Origin: an uncultured Pseudomonadota bacterium
GTDB taxonomy: Bacteria; Pseudomonadota; Alphaproteobacteria; JACZXZ01
NCBI GenBank assembly: GCA_963749075.1
Contig: CAVVLJ010000017.1
Coordinates: 896,001 to 960,000 of the forward strand
Length of the DNA stretch: 64,000 nt
Direction: 5' to 3'
The position numbers were made by a program, and so were the translations under genes. The notes beneath the pieces were generated by a model. The model ran no database searches. It worked only from the letters and a program-made list of their open reading frames with translations, and was not told the DNA's origin. Below are positions 10,303-20,709 of the stretch, one piece after another. Numbering within the stretch: position 1 is the first letter of the stretch; each line of letters opens with the position of its first letter.

Positions 10303-11397
10303 ATGGCAATGACCAAGCGAACGGCGTTCAACCGGAGCCTGCTCAAGGCGGCATGCTGCGCACTGCTCTCTGTCGGCACCGTCGGCTGGGCAACGATGCC
10401 CGGCAGCCGTGCCGACGAGCTTCCCGTGAGCGACAAGATCCCGGCAGCGGTGACCAAGATTCGAGTCATGACCTACAACGGCGCCTACACGTCGCTGCCT
10501 GCGCACATCGCCAAGGACCTCGGCTTCTACGCAAAATACAATCTCGACGCCGAGCTGACCGTGGTGAATTCCGGACCGGCCGGCGTCGCCGCCCTGCTCG
10601 GCGGAAGCCTCGACTTCATCGAACCGCCGACCGATCAGATCATCGAGAACCAGATCAAGGGAACCGACCTCAAGATCGTCGTCGGCAACGAAATAAAGAA
10701 CTTCTTCAATCTCATCGTATCGGCCAAGGTGCCGCTTCCGCACGCCGGCAAGGGCTATCCGGAGGTCATGCATGACCTCAAGGGCCTGCGCATCGGGGTC
10801 AACGCCCTCGGCGCGAGCACGCACCTGATGATGAACGCGCTCCTCAAGGGTGCCGGGATGACGCCGGACGACGTGACCTACGCCGCCGACGGCTCGTCGA
10901 ATACGGCGCTTGCCGCCTGGCAAGCGGACCGCATCGATGCCCAGATGGCCTTCACGCCGTTTCCCGAAATCATCCAGGCGCTGGGTACCGGGCGGTCGGC
11001 CATCGACCTCAGCAACGGACAGGGACCGGCGATCCTGCAGAAGCTCGGCGCGGCATTCGAGGATTTCTCGGCAAAGGGCTCCTACATCCGCGAACACCCG
11101 GATGTCGTGAACGCCTTCATCAAGGCGCATGTCGATGCGATCGACTGGATCAAGAATCCGGCCAACCGGGGCAAGCTGGCCGAGGAGGTCGGCAGCTACG
11201 TGAATACGGCGATCATTCCTGCGGACAAGCGGAGCGAAACCGTGGGCTTGATGATCGACAACTACAACCGCTACTTCGGCTATACGGTCGACCGCGGGGC
11301 CGTCGATGCGTGGAATCAATACCTCATCGAGAATCAGCTGATTCCGCATGCGGTGGACGCGGCGGACGTCATCTATGCAGGGGCGCCGAAACCTTGA
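10303..11397 (+). CDS. ABC transporter substrate-binding protein, SsuA/THI5-like (NitT/TauT family)
   Basis: Signal peptide; GFYAKYNLDAEL, AALLGGSLDF and DLKGLRIGV motifs; GGGAG RBS. Confidence 0.85.
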   Translation: MAMTKRTAFNRSLLKAACCALLSVGTVGWATMPGSRADELPVSDKIPAAVTKIRVMTYNGAYTSLPAHIAKDLGFYAKYNLDAELTVVNSGPAGVAALLGGSLDFIEPPTDQIIENQIKGTDLKIVVGNEIKNFFNLIVSAKVPLPHAGKGYPEVMHDLKGLRIGVNALGASTHLMMNALLKGAGMTPDDVTYAADGSSNTALAAWQADRIDAQMAFTPFPEIIQALGTGRSAIDLSNGQGPAILQKLGAAFEDFSAKGSYIREHPDVVNAFIKAHVDAIDWIKNPANRGKLAEEVGSYVNTAIIPADKRSETVGLMIDNYNRYFGYTVDRGAVDAWNQYLIENQLIPHAVDAADVIYAGAPKP

Positions 11398-12194
11398 GCA
11401 GCGAGACGGACGACGCCGGCGGGATTCTGATCGAGGGTGTGGTCCACTCCTACCGGAGCTCGCGAGCGCACCTGCCGGCACTCGATCGCATCTCTCTTAC
11501 CATCAGGCGCGGCGAGTTCGTCGCATTGGTGGGGCCGAGCGGCTGCGGCAAGACGACGTTGCTCGACATCTTGAGCGGCCTCATCCGGCTGCAGCAGGGC
11601 CGCGTGCTCTTGGCCCACGCTCCGCCCGCCGCCGGGCGCCGCGACACCGCCCGCATGTTCGCCCGGGACGCGCTCTTGCCGTGGCGGACGGCTTACGCCA
11701 ACGTGGATTTCGCCCTCTCGACGCGGAATCCGGACAGTCTCCGGCGCCGCACCATCATTCAATCCATGCTGCAGGACGTGGGCCTCGAGGGCTTCGAAAA
11801 CGCATATCCGCGAAAGCTCTCGCAGGGCATGCGGCAACGCGTGGCGTTGGCAAGGACGTTTTCGTTGGAGAGCAGTTTCATCTTCCTCGACGAGCCCTTC
11901 GGCGCCCTCGACGCACAGACGAAACTGGTGCTGCAAGACAAACTTCTGCACCTCTGGGAGAAATTCCAAAGCACGGTCGTTCTCGTCAGCCACGATCTGG
12001 CCGAGGCCGTGGCGCTGGCCGATCGCGTCGTCGTCATGTCCTCGCGACCCGGGCGCATCGCCGCCGACGTGTCGATCGCCCTCCCGCGACCGCGGTCCGT
12101 GGCCGCCCTGCAAAGCATGAGCGCATTCCACGATCTCTATTCCCGGCTGTGGCGGGAGCTCGAACGGGCGACGGGCGCAGTCGCGGGAGCGTGA
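11394..12194 (+). CDS. ABC transporter ATP-binding protein (NitT/TauT)
   Basis: Walker A GPSGCGKT, signature LSQGMRQR, Walker B FLDEPF. Confidence 0.92.
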   Translation: MSSETDDAGGILIEGVVHSYRSSRAHLPALDRISLTIRRGEFVALVGPSGCGKTTLLDILSGLIRLQQGRVLLAHAPPAAGRRDTARMFARDALLPWRTAYANVDFALSTRNPDSLRRRTIIQSMLQDVGLEGFENAYPRKLSQGMRQRVALARTFSLESSFIFLDEPFGALDAQTKLVLQDKLLHLWEKFQSTVVLVSHDLAEAVALADRVVVMSSRPGRIAADVSIALPRPRSVAALQSMSAFHDLYSRLWRELERATGAVAGA

Positions 12195-12195
12195 A

Positions 12196-13017
12196 TTGGC
12201 AAGGCCGACGACCGATGAGCCGCTCGAGCCGGGTTCGCCGCCAGGCGACGACGTCGGCCGATGGCACAAGGGGATGCCCATCCTCCTCGGGCGCCTCATC
12301 GTGCTTTTGGTATTTCTCGGCGCTTGGGAGGGATTGGCGCGTACGAACGCGATTCCGGCGGCGTTCATCGGGCAACCCTCGAAGTTCCTGCCGTTTCTCG
12401 CCGCTCAGCTCTGGAACGGAACAATTCCCCGCGCCGCCGTCGATACGCTTTCGGCCACCCTGACGGCCTTTGCGGTGGGCGGCATTCTCGCACTGGCGAC
12501 GGCGCTTGCACTCGCGGTTTCTCCGCTATTGAAGGCCTTGATCGACCCCTATATCGACGCGCTGAACGCCCTGCCGCGGGTGGCTCTCGTTCCGCTGTTC
12601 ATCGTCTGGTTCGGATTGGGGACATTGTCCAAAGTCGTTTCCGGCGTCTCCCTCATGTATTTCATCCTGCTCTACAACACGATTGCCGGCGCCCAATCGG
12701 TCGACCCTGATCATCTTCAACTCGCGCGCAGCCTCGGGCTGCCGCAAAGGCAGGTCTTTCTCCGCATCGTGATCCCGACGGCCGTGCCGTCCATTTTCGT
12801 AGGCCTCAGGCTCGGCCTCGTCTATACGCTGCTTGGCGTCGTGACCGCGGAGCTGATCGCCGGCGGAAAGGGTCTGGGCAGCCTGATCAGCTATTATTCC
12901 AACACCTTCGATGCGAACGGCGTTTTTGCGGTGCTTCTCGTGTTGATCGTGGTGGCCGACGTGCTCTCCATGATCATGACCAGGATCGAGCAATGGCTCA
13001 CGCGCTGGAACAGATAG
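12196..13017 (+). CDS. ABC transporter permease (NitT/TauT)
   Basis: Multiple TM helices; LPRVALVPLFIVWFGLG; EAA-like loop LARSLG; AELIAGGKGLG. Confidence 0.9.
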   Translation: MARPTTDEPLEPGSPPGDDVGRWHKGMPILLGRLIVLLVFLGAWEGLARTNAIPAAFIGQPSKFLPFLAAQLWNGTIPRAAVDTLSATLTAFAVGGILALATALALAVSPLLKALIDPYIDALNALPRVALVPLFIVWFGLGTLSKVVSGVSLMYFILLYNTIAGAQSVDPDHLQLARSLGLPQRQVFLRIVIPTAVPSIFVGLRLGLVYTLLGVVTAELIAGGKGLGSLISYYSNTFDANGVFAVLLVLIVVADVLSMIMTRIEQWLTRWNR

Positions 13018-13050
13018 GGGCCGGGAGAGAGAGACGCCGCCCGGTGCGGG

Positions 13051-14301
13051 ATGGAGGACTCCAAGATGACTTCGCTGCCGAAGACCGGAAGATCATGGGA
13101 TGAGCTTGACCGCGAGATGGATGCCGCCGCAGCAGGCGATGTCGATTGGCGGCATGGCCGGCTCGGAGTCTATATCCATTATGCGGGCGACGACGTTCTC
13201 GAGGTGGCGAAGAAGGCTTATCTGAAGTTCTTCTCCGAGAACGGCCTCGGGCCCAAGGCCTTCCCAAGTTTGGCGCGGTTCGAGAGCGACGTTGTGGCCA
13301 TGACGCTCGGCCTGCTGCACGGCGGACCCGATGCGCGCGGTGCCATGACGACGGGCGGAACCGAAAGTATCTTTCTTGCGGTCAAATCGGCGCGCGATCG
13401 TGCGCGCCTCAAGCATCCGACCCTGGATCGGCCGCAGATCGTCGTGCCGAGAACGGCGCATCCGGCGTTCAACAAGGCAGCCCACTGGCTCGGGCTCGAG
13501 GTGCTTCGCGTTCCCGTCGGCAAGGATTTCCGGGCCGATGTGGAGGCCATGGCAGCCGCGGTCGGGCCGCGGACGATCATGCTCGTAGGCTCGGCGCCGG
13601 CCTTCCCTCACGGCGTCATGGATCCGATTCCCGAGCTCGGGACCCTTGCCGAAAATCATGGACTGTGGCTGCACGTCGATGCCTGCGTCGGCGGCTTCAT
13701 CGCACCCTTCGCGAAGCGTCTCGGCAATCCGCTTCCCGACTTCGATTTTGCCGTACCGGGCGTCGTCTCGATTTCCGCCGATCTGCACAAATACGGCTAC
13801 ACAGCGAAGGGCGCCTCGACAATCCTCTACCGCAACAATGAGGCGTTTGGATTTCAGGCCTATACGTTTTCCGATTGGCCGCGCGGCACATATGCGACGC
13901 AGACGCTGGTGGGCACGCGGCCGGGCGGTGCCATCGCGGCGGCCTGGGCGGTGATGAATTTCCTCGGCGAAGAAGGATACCTCGAGGTGACCCGCCGCAT
14001 CCTCGCGACAAGGAAGGCCATTGGCGACGGCGTCGCAAAGCTCGGGCTCGAGGTCTGGGGAAAGCCCGAGCTCAGCATCGTCGGCTACGGCTCGCGCGAG
14101 CTCGACATGGCTGCCGTTGCGGACCGCCTGGCCTCCCGCGGCTGGTTCGTGGGACGGCTGGCCGAGCCGCCGGGCATTCACCTCATGCTCAATCTCACCC
14201 ACGAGGCCATCGTCGGAGACTATTTGAGCAACCTCGAATGGTCGATCGGTGAGGTCCGCGCCGGCCGGGCGCGATCGACGATCTCGCAAGCGACCTATTG
14301 A
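13051..14301 (+). CDS. PLP-dependent group II decarboxylase/aldolase, sphingosine-1-phosphate lyase-like
   Basis: TTGGTESI, HVDACVGGF, SISADLHKYG (PLP Lys) and GTRPGGAIAAAWA motifs. Confidence 0.85.
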   Translation: MEDSKMTSLPKTGRSWDELDREMDAAAAGDVDWRHGRLGVYIHYAGDDVLEVAKKAYLKFFSENGLGPKAFPSLARFESDVVAMTLGLLHGGPDARGAMTTGGTESIFLAVKSARDRARLKHPTLDRPQIVVPRTAHPAFNKAAHWLGLEVLRVPVGKDFRADVEAMAAAVGPRTIMLVGSAPAFPHGVMDPIPELGTLAENHGLWLHVDACVGGFIAPFAKRLGNPLPDFDFAVPGVVSISADLHKYGYTAKGASTILYRNNEAFGFQAYTFSDWPRGTYATQTLVGTRPGGAIAAAWAVMNFLGEEGYLEVTRRILATRKAIGDGVAKLGLEVWGKPELSIVGYGSRELDMAAVADRLASRGWFVGRLAEPPGIHLMLNLTHEAIVGDYLSNLEWSIGEVRAGRARSTISQATY

Positions 14302-14369
14302 GCGCGAGCGGGCTGACCCTGCCGCTCGACATTCAGGGCGGCGCTGCAACACGGCGTTGGAGGGCACCG

Positions 14370-15725
14370 ATGAATAGAGGCTCGAATGCCGACCGAATCT
14401 TTCATCGCGAGCTGGGCCGGGACTATCCGACCATCGATCGCGGCGACGGAATCTATCTCTACGACACGACGGGAAAGCGGTACATCGACGGTGCCGGCGG
14501 CGTCTTCGTCACGAACCTCGGTCATGGCAACAAGGCGGTTGTGGAAGCGCTGATTTCTCAGGCCCGGCGGGTCGGATTCGCGCATACCGGCAGCTTCACG
14601 AGCCAAGCGGCGATGGACTTCGCGGCCAAGCTCATCGAGCTTGCGCCGAATGGCTTCGCCAAGGTCTGGATGTCGACCTCGGGATCGACCGCCAACGAGA
14701 CCGCGATCAAATTGGCGCGCCAGTACCATCTCTTGACCGGAAATGCGGAGAAGACCCGCGTCATTGCGCGCTGGAACAGCTATCACGGGAGTACGCTCGG
14801 GGCACTGTCTCTCACGGGACAGCCCAGGCGCCGCGAACCGTACGAACCATACCTGTTGGGTTTTCCCCACATCGATCCCCCCTATTGCTACCGCTGTCCG
14901 CTCGGCAAGTCTCCGGCGACGTGCCATATCGACTGCGCCGACGAGCTCGAAAAAATCATTCGGCTGCTCGGCCCGCGGTATGTCTCTGCATTCATCCTCG
15001 AGCCGGTGTCCGGAGGACCTCTCGGCGCTCTCCCGGCTCCGGACGGCTATTTCCGCAAGGTCCGCGAGATTTGCGATCGATACGATGTCCTGCTCGTCGT
15101 TGACGAAGTCGTTTCCGGAATCGGACGTACCGGCCGGAACTTCGGGGTGGATCACTGGGGCGTCATTCCGGATCTGATTACGGTCGCGAAGGGCGTCGGG
15201 AGCGGATATGTGCCGATCGGGGCCACTCTGGTGCACGAAAGGATCTACAGCGCGTTCGAGACCGCGGCGGCGTCGTTTCGCCATGGCGAGACCTTCGCCG
15301 GACACGCGTTGGTTTGCGCCGTCGGCCTGGCAACGCTTCTGGAAATTGAACGGAATGGACTCGTCGAACGCGCGCGTGTCATGGGCGGATACCTCGGAAA
15401 GGCGCTTGAGGGGCTGCGCACTTTGCCGAGTGTCGGGGACGTTCGAGGGAAGGGGCTGCTCCGCGGAATCGAGTTGGTCCGGGACAAGGCAAGCAAAGCT
15501 CCCTACCCGCGGTCGCATCAGGTCGCGGAAAGGGTCGCCGCCGAGGCCGCGTCTCTCGGACTCTTGATCGTCGCAGGGAGCGGTTGCGTTGACGGCGTGG
15601 ATGGGGACACGCTTGCACTGGCGCCGCCATTCATCACGACCGAGGCGGACATCGATGAGATCGTCGGCATTCTGGGGACGGCGATCACGTCCATTGCGAA
15701 TGCCGAAATGTCCGCGTCCGCCTGA
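14370..15725 (+). CDS. Class III (omega-amino acid) aminotransferase
   Basis: SGSTANETAIK, SYHGST, DEVVSGIGRTG and TVAKG (PLP Lys) motifs. Confidence 0.9.
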   Translation: MNRGSNADRIFHRELGRDYPTIDRGDGIYLYDTTGKRYIDGAGGVFVTNLGHGNKAVVEALISQARRVGFAHTGSFTSQAAMDFAAKLIELAPNGFAKVWMSTSGSTANETAIKLARQYHLLTGNAEKTRVIARWNSYHGSTLGALSLTGQPRRREPYEPYLLGFPHIDPPYCYRCPLGKSPATCHIDCADELEKIIRLLGPRYVSAFILEPVSGGPLGALPAPDGYFRKVREICDRYDVLLVVDEVVSGIGRTGRNFGVDHWGVIPDLITVAKGVGSGYVPIGATLVHERIYSAFETAAASFRHGETFAGHALVCAVGLATLLEIERNGLVERARVMGGYLGKALEGLRTLPSVGDVRGKGLLRGIELVRDKASKAPYPRSHQVAERVAAEAASLGLLIVAGSGCVDGVDGDTLALAPPFITTEADIDEIVGILGTAITSIANAEMSASA

Positions 15726-15827
15726 TCCAAGGCACCGGCAATAGAACGCTGGTGCGGCCCTAAATGGCGAGTTAACGCGCCAATGCCGCGAGACCGGCGA
15801 GAAAGGCCGCCCCGGCCCGCCGGCGGC

Positions 15828-17081
15828 TCAGCCGAGCCTGACGAGGGCGTGGCGCTTCCTGCCGTGGGAGAGCTTGATGACGCCCTCGGCCGTGAGGTCG
15901 GCCAAGGTGAGCTGGCGCATCTCGTCGCCGACCACGGCATCGTTCACGCGCACGGCACCCTCGCGGATCTTACGGCGCGCGTCGCTGTTGCTCGCGGCGA
16001 GCCTGGCCTCGACGAGCGCCTGAAGGAGCGGCAGCCCGGAGGCGAGTGCCGTCCGGCTCACCGCGGCCTCGGGCAGCGCGTCGCCGAAGCGGCCCTCGAC
16101 AAAGGTGAGCCGCGCGGTCGCCGCCGCCGCCTTGGCCGCCGCCGCGCCGTGGCAGAGCGCAGTCGCCGCATCGGCGAGCACGGTCTTGGCCTCGTTGACG
16201 GCGCTGCCGGGGAGCGCCTCGAGCCGGGCGATCTCGTCGAGCGGGAGCTCGGTGAAGAGGCGGAGGAAGCGCCCCACGTCGGCGTCGTGCGTGTTGCGCC
16301 AGAACTGCCAATAGTCGTAGGCGCTGAGCATCTCGGCGTTGAGCCACACGGCGCCCGCCGACGTCTTCCCCATCTTGGCGCCCGAGGCGGTCGCGATGAG
16401 CGGGGTGGTGAGCGCGAAGAGCTCGCGGCCGTCGGCGCGGCGGGCGAGCTCGACGCCGTTCACGATGTTGCCCCACTGGTCGGAGCCGCCCATCTGCAGC
16501 GCGCAGCCATGGCGCCGGGCAAGCTCCAGGAAGTCGTAGGCCTGCACCACCATGTAGTTGAACTCGAGGAAGGAGAGCGGCTGCTCGCGCTCGAGCCGCA
16601 GCTTGACGCTGTCCATGGAGAGCATGCGGTTGACCGAGAAGTGCCGGCCGATGTCGCGCAGGAACGGGATGTACTCGAGCCGGTCGAGCCACTCCGCGTT
16701 GTCGACCATGAGGGCGTCGCCCGGGCCCCGGCCGAAGACGAGGAACTTCTCGAAGACGGCCTTGATGCTCGCCATGTTGGCGGCGATGTCGGCCTCGCTC
16801 AGGAGCTTGCGCACCTCGTCCTTGCCGGAGGGATCGCCGACCTTGGTGGTGCCGCCGCCCATGAGCACGATCGGCCTGTGCCCGCTCTTCTGGAAGTGGC
16901 GCAGCAGCATGACGCCGACGAGGTTGCCCACGTGGAGGCTCGGCGCCGTGCAGTCGAAGCCGATGTAGGCGACGACGGGACCGCCGGCCAGGCGCGCGTC
17001 GAGCGCTGCGGGATCGCTGATCTGGTGGACGAACCCGCGCTCCGTGACGGTCTTGAGAAAGGCGGAGCGGAACTCGGTCAT
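15828..17081 (-). CDS. tyrS: Tyrosine--tRNA ligase
   Basis: [15 protein letters not shown] (HIGH-like), [10 protein letters not shown] and KMGKT motifs; C-terminal S4 domain. Confidence 0.97.
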   Translation of the reverse strand: MTEFRSAFLKTVTERGFVHQISDPAALDARLAGGPVVAYIGFDCTAPSLHVGNLVGVMLLRHFQKSGHRPIVLMGGGTTKVGDPSGKDEVRKLLSEADIAANMASIKAVFEKFLVFGRGPGDALMVDNAEWLDRLEYIPFLRDIGRHFSVNRMLSMDSVKLRLEREQPLSFLEFNYMVVQAYDFLELARRHGCALQMGGSDQWGNIVNGVELARRADGRELFALTTPLIATASGAKMGKTSAGAVWLNAEMLSAYDYWQFWRNTHDADVGRFLRLFTELPLDEIARLEALPGSAVNEAKTVLADAATALCHGAAAAKAAAATARLTFVEGRFGDALPEAAVSRTALASGLPLLQALVEARLAASNSDARRKIREGAVRVNDAVVGDEMRQLTLADLTAEGVIKLSHGRKRHALVRLG

Positions 17082-17217
17082 GGGCCTGCTGCAAAGGGAA
17101 GCGGCGGGCGTCATTGCCCGGTTGCCGGAAGCGCCGTGCTTTAGCACAATCGACCGCAAGGGACAACGCCGCGGCAGCCGGTGCGGCGGGCGCCGGATGG
17201 GCGGACGAGAGGCAAGC

Positions 17218-18309
17218 GTGAAACTGCCGGCGACAGCACTCGGGCTCATGAGCGGCACCTCGCTCGACGGCATCGACGTGGCGTGCCTCGCGAGCGACGG
17301 CGAGGGCCGCATCGAGCCGGGTCCGTGGGCGAGCTACCCTTACGACGCGGGCTTGCGCGAGCTCGTGCGCAGCGTGCTCGGCGGCAAGGGCGAGGTGGCC
17401 GCGGCGGAGCGGGAGCTCACCATGGCCCACGCGGCGGCCGTAGAGCGCTTTCTCGCGAGCCATGGTCTCGCGCCGCGGGAGATCGATCTCCTGGGCTTTC
17501 ACGGCCATACCATCCTCCACCGCCCCCAGGAGGGGCGCACCTGGCAGATCGGCGACGGAGCACTCCTCGCGCGCGAGACCGGCATCGCCGTGGTCAACGA
17601 CTTCCGCAGCGCCGACATGGCCGAGGGCGGCGAAGGGGCGCCGCTTGTCCCCCTCTTCCACGCGGCCTTGGCGGAGGGCCTGGCACGGCCGCTCGCCGTC
17701 CTCAACCTGGGCGGCGTCGCGAACGTGAGCTGGATCGGCGAGGACGGCACGGTGCTCGCCTTCGATACCGGCCCGGGCAACGCGCCGCTCGACGATTGGC
17801 TCCGCCGCCACACCGGCCGCATCATGGACGAGGGCGGAGCGCTGGCCCGCCAGGGCCGCGTCGACCCCGCCGTGCTCGCCGCCTTTCTCGACCATCCCTA
17901 TTTCGCGCGCCGGCCGCCGAAGTCCCTCGACCGCGACGATTTCGGCTGGCGCATGGTGGAGCATCTCGGCGCCGCGGACGGCGCCGCCACGCTGACCGCA
18001 CTCGCGGCCCATGGCGTGGCGGCGGCGGCGCGCCACTTCCCCCGCCCGGCCCGGCGCTGGCTCGTGACGGGCGGCGGGCGGCACAATCCGGCACTGATGG
18101 CGGCACTCGCCCAAGCGCTCGGCACGGCGCTCGAGCCGGTCGAGGCAGTCGGCTGGCAGGGCGACGCGCTCGAGGCCCAGGCCTTCGCCTGGCTCGCGGT
18201 GCGCGCACGCCGCGGCTTGCCCCTGAGCCTCCCCTCCACCACCGGCGTGCGGCGACCTACGTCCGGCGGCCGTTTCCACCCGGCGCCGCGTGCGGATGGA
18301 GCGTCTTAA
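17218..18309 (+). CDS. anmK: Anhydro-N-acetylmuramic acid kinase
   Basis: [33 protein letters not shown] and FDTGPGN motifs; divergent from tyrS. Confidence 0.95.
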   Translation: MKLPATALGLMSGTSLDGIDVACLASDGEGRIEPGPWASYPYDAGLRELVRSVLGGKGEVAAAERELTMAHAAAVERFLASHGLAPREIDLLGFHGHTILHRPQEGRTWQIGDGALLARETGIAVVNDFRSADMAEGGEGAPLVPLFHAALAEGLARPLAVLNLGGVANVSWIGEDGTVLAFDTGPGNAPLDDWLRRHTGRIMDEGGALARQGRVDPAVLAAFLDHPYFARRPPKSLDRDDFGWRMVEHLGAADGAATLTALAAHGVAAAARHFPRPARRWLVTGGGRHNPALMAALAQALGTALEPVEAVGWQGDALEAQAFAWLAVRARRGLPLSLPSTTGVRRPTSGGRFHPAPRADGAS

Positions 18310-18327
18310 GCGCTGTGAAGATTTGCA

Positions 18328-18349
18328 TGTAGCACGCATTTGTGCTACA
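18328..18349. promoter_or_regulatory. Inverted-repeat operator of the TA operon
   Basis: TGTAGCAC-gcattt-GTGCTACA, perfect 8-bp arms about 30 bp upstream of the antitoxin start. Confidence 0.65.
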
Positions 18350-18380
18350 AAGAGCGAGGCGGCGTCGTGGAGACCGTTCG

Positions 18381-18629
18381 ATGAGCAAAACGATCAGCTT
18401 GCGTGAGGCCAACCAAGGTTTTGCCCGCTGCATCCGCCAGGTCGAGGCGGGCGAGGACTATGTCATCACGCGCAAGGGCAAGCCGGTCGCCCGGCTTGTC
18501 CCCATCGCGGGCCCTCGCGCGCTCAGCGCTGCGCAACAGGCAGCGCGGGCTCGGGCGCGGGCGCGCATGGAGAAAGGGTGGCCGATCGGCGCCGGCGCGC
18601 TCGACCGCGATGGGCTCCATGAGCGTTGA
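18381..18629 (+). CDS. Phd/YefM family antitoxin
   Basis: MSKTISLREANQGFARCIRQVEAGEDYVITRKGKPVARLVP. Confidence 0.9.
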   Translation: MSKTISLREANQGFARCIRQVEAGEDYVITRKGKPVARLVPIAGPRALSAAQQAARARARARMEKGWPIGAGALDRDGLHER

Positions 18630-19086
18630 GGCCGAGCGCTTCACACTTGATACGAACATTCTCGTCTATAGCGTCGATCATGCAGCAGGTGCTCGCCACC
18701 ATCTGGCGGCCGAGATCGTAGACCGCGCGGTGGTGTGCGACTGCTGGCTCACGCTCCAGGCGCTCGCAGAGTTTTACGCCGTGGTGACGCGCAAGGGCGC
18801 CGTCTCTCGGGGCGAGGCCGCTGCACAAGCGAGCGATTGGCTCGACCTTTTCCCTTGTGCCGCCGCGTCGCAGACCGCGCTACGCACGGCATTCGGCGCC
18901 GCCGCAGGAAGACATACATCTTTTTGGGACGCTCTTCTTCTCGCCACCGCTGTCGAGGCCGGCTGCACCGCGGTCCTTACCGAGGATATGGCGGACGGTG
19001 CCAGCTTCGCCGGCATACGAATCTACAACCCTTTCGCCGGCACCAAGCTGGCAGCACCCGCGCGCAGGCTCCTCGGCATGGAATAG
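18619..19086 (+). CDS. PIN-domain (VapC-like) toxin
   Basis: LDTNILVY, QALAEF, SFWDALL and LTED acidic PIN residues; overlaps the antitoxin stop. Confidence 0.9.
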   Translation: MSVEAERFTLDTNILVYSVDHAAGARHHLAAEIVDRAVVCDCWLTLQALAEFYAVVTRKGAVSRGEAAAQASDWLDLFPCAAASQTALRTAFGAAAGRHTSFWDALLLATAVEAGCTAVLTEDMADGASFAGIRIYNPFAGTKLAAPARRLLGME

Positions 19087-19099
19087 CGCGGCTGGCGCC

Positions 19100-19750
19100 C
19101 TACTCCGCGGCCTGGGCGAGGCGCTGGTCGAGGTAGCTCTCCATGTTGGAGACCACGGCGGCGAGCTGGTCGCTGAAGAAGTGGTTGGCGCCCGGGATGA
19201 TGCGGTAGTCGATCTTGATGCCGCGCTGGTGGTTGAGCTTGTCGACCAGCTTGTTGACGGCCTCGAGCGGCACCACCTCGTCGGAGTTGCCCTGGATGAT
19301 CATGCCCGAGGCCGGGCAGGGGGCGAGGAACGAGAAGTCGTAGATGTTGGCGGGGGGTGCTACCGAGATGAAGCCGGCGATCTCCGGCCGCCGCATGAGG
19401 AGCTGCATGCCGATCCAGGCGCCGAATGAGAAGCCGGCGATCCAGCAGCTCGCCGCATTGGGGTTGAAGGTCTGCAGCCAGTCGAGCGCCGAGGCGGCAT
19501 CCGAGAGCTCGCCCTCGCCGCGGTCGAAGCTGCCCTGCGAGCGCCCGACGCCGCGGAAGTTGAAGCGCAAGCTGGAGAAGCCGCGGCGCACGAAGGACTG
19601 GAAGAGGTTGTAGACGATCTTGTTGTTCATGGTGCCGCCGTGCTGCGGGTGGGGGTGCAGCAGCAGCGCCACCGGCGCGTTCGGCATCTTGCTGTGATGA
19701 TAGCGGCCCTCGATGCGGCCGTCCGGTCCGTTGAAGATCACTTCGGGCAT
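19100..19750 (-). CDS. Alpha/beta hydrolase (conserved partner of isc/suf loci)
   Basis: MPEVIFNGPDGRIEGRY, HPHPQHGGTMNN, GFSFG nucleophile elbow, GANHFF. Confidence 0.92.
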   Translation of the reverse strand: MPEVIFNGPDGRIEGRYHHSKMPNAPVALLLHPHPQHGGTMNNKIVYNLFQSFVRRGFSSLRFNFRGVGRSQGSFDRGEGELSDAASALDWLQTFNPNAASCWIAGFSFGAWIGMQLLMRRPEIAGFISVAPPANIYDFSFLAPCPASGMIIQGNSDEVVPLEAVNKLVDKLNHQRGIKIDYRIIPGANHFFSDQLAAVVSNMESYLDQRLAQAAE

Positions 19751-19849
19751 TGGCCGACACTTCCTCCCGCGGCATCCCCGATCGGGCGAGGACCCGCCCC
19801 GACAGGCGCTCCGGGCCGCCCTCTCCTGCGGCAGCCGCCCGAGCCGCTG

Positions 19850-19881
19850 AACTTGACCGATAATAACGGGCAAATTATATG
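19850..19881 (+). promoter_or_regulatory. Sigma70-like promoter of cysE operon with IscR/Rrf2-like site
   Basis: AACTTGACCGATAATAACGGGCAAATTATATG: TTGACC-N17-TATATG, AT-rich in a high-GC context, resembles type 1 IscR sites. Confidence 0.5.
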
Positions 19882-19965
19882 CCCGCCTGAAGCCCGCGGG
19901 CGGCGAGGCGACCGCAAAGCGCCGCAGCAGCCCTGAGGCACCCCGAGACATATCGCAGTCGGACC

Positions 19966-20709
19966 ATGGATTTCAAGAGTTTGCGCGAGCAGATCGATTC
20001 CATGATGGCACGCGACCCCGCGGCGCGCTCGCGCCTCGAGGTGGTGCTGGCCTATCCCTGCCTCCATGCCATCGTCTTCCACGCCCTTGCCCACGGGGCC
20101 TGGCGGCACGGCTGGCGGCTCTTGGGCCGCATCCTCTCCAACCTCGGCCGCTTCCTGACCGGCATCGAGATCCATCCGGGTGCTACCATCGGCCGCCGCC
20201 TCTTCATCGACCACGGCATGGGCGTCGTCATCGGCGAGACCGCCGTGGTCGGCGACGACGTGACGCTCTACCACGACGTGACCCTGGGCGGCGTGCTGCC
20301 CGCGGTCAATTCGGCGTCCCAGGTCGGTATTAAGCGCCACCCCACCCTCGGCAACGGGGTCATCGTCGGCTCGGGCGCCCAGATCCTCGGTGCGATTACG
20401 GTGGGCGAGGGCGCGCGCGTCGGCGCCAATGCGGTGGTGACCAAGGACGTGCCCGCGGGCGTCACCGTGGTGGGCAACCCGGCGCGCATCGTCATGCCCA
20501 AGGACAAGCGCACGAGCAAGGAGTTCCTCGCCTACGGCACGCCCACGGGGGACGTCGTCGACCCCTTCCTCCGCGCCATCGAGGACCTGCGCGGCAACGT
20601 GCAGGCGCTCAATGAGCGGGTGGCCGAGCTCGAGGCCCAGCTCGCCGCGCGCGAGGCTGACGATGAGGCCGCGGAGCGGGCAAGCGCTGTTTCCTCCCGC
20701 CAGCCGTGA
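19966..20709 (+). CDS. cysE: Serine O-acetyltransferase
   Basis: [28 protein letters not shown] and KRHPTLG motifs; C-terminal coiled coil. Confidence 0.95.
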   Translation: MDFKSLREQIDSMMARDPAARSRLEVVLAYPCLHAIVFHALAHGAWRHGWRLLGRILSNLGRFLTGIEIHPGATIGRRLFIDHGMGVVIGETAVVGDDVTLYHDVTLGGVLPAVNSASQVGIKRHPTLGNGVIVGSGAQILGAITVGEGARVGANAVVTKDVPAGVTVVGNPARIVMPKDKRTSKEFLAYGTPTGDVVDPFLRAIEDLRGNVQALNERVAELEAQLAAREADDEAAERASAVSSRQP

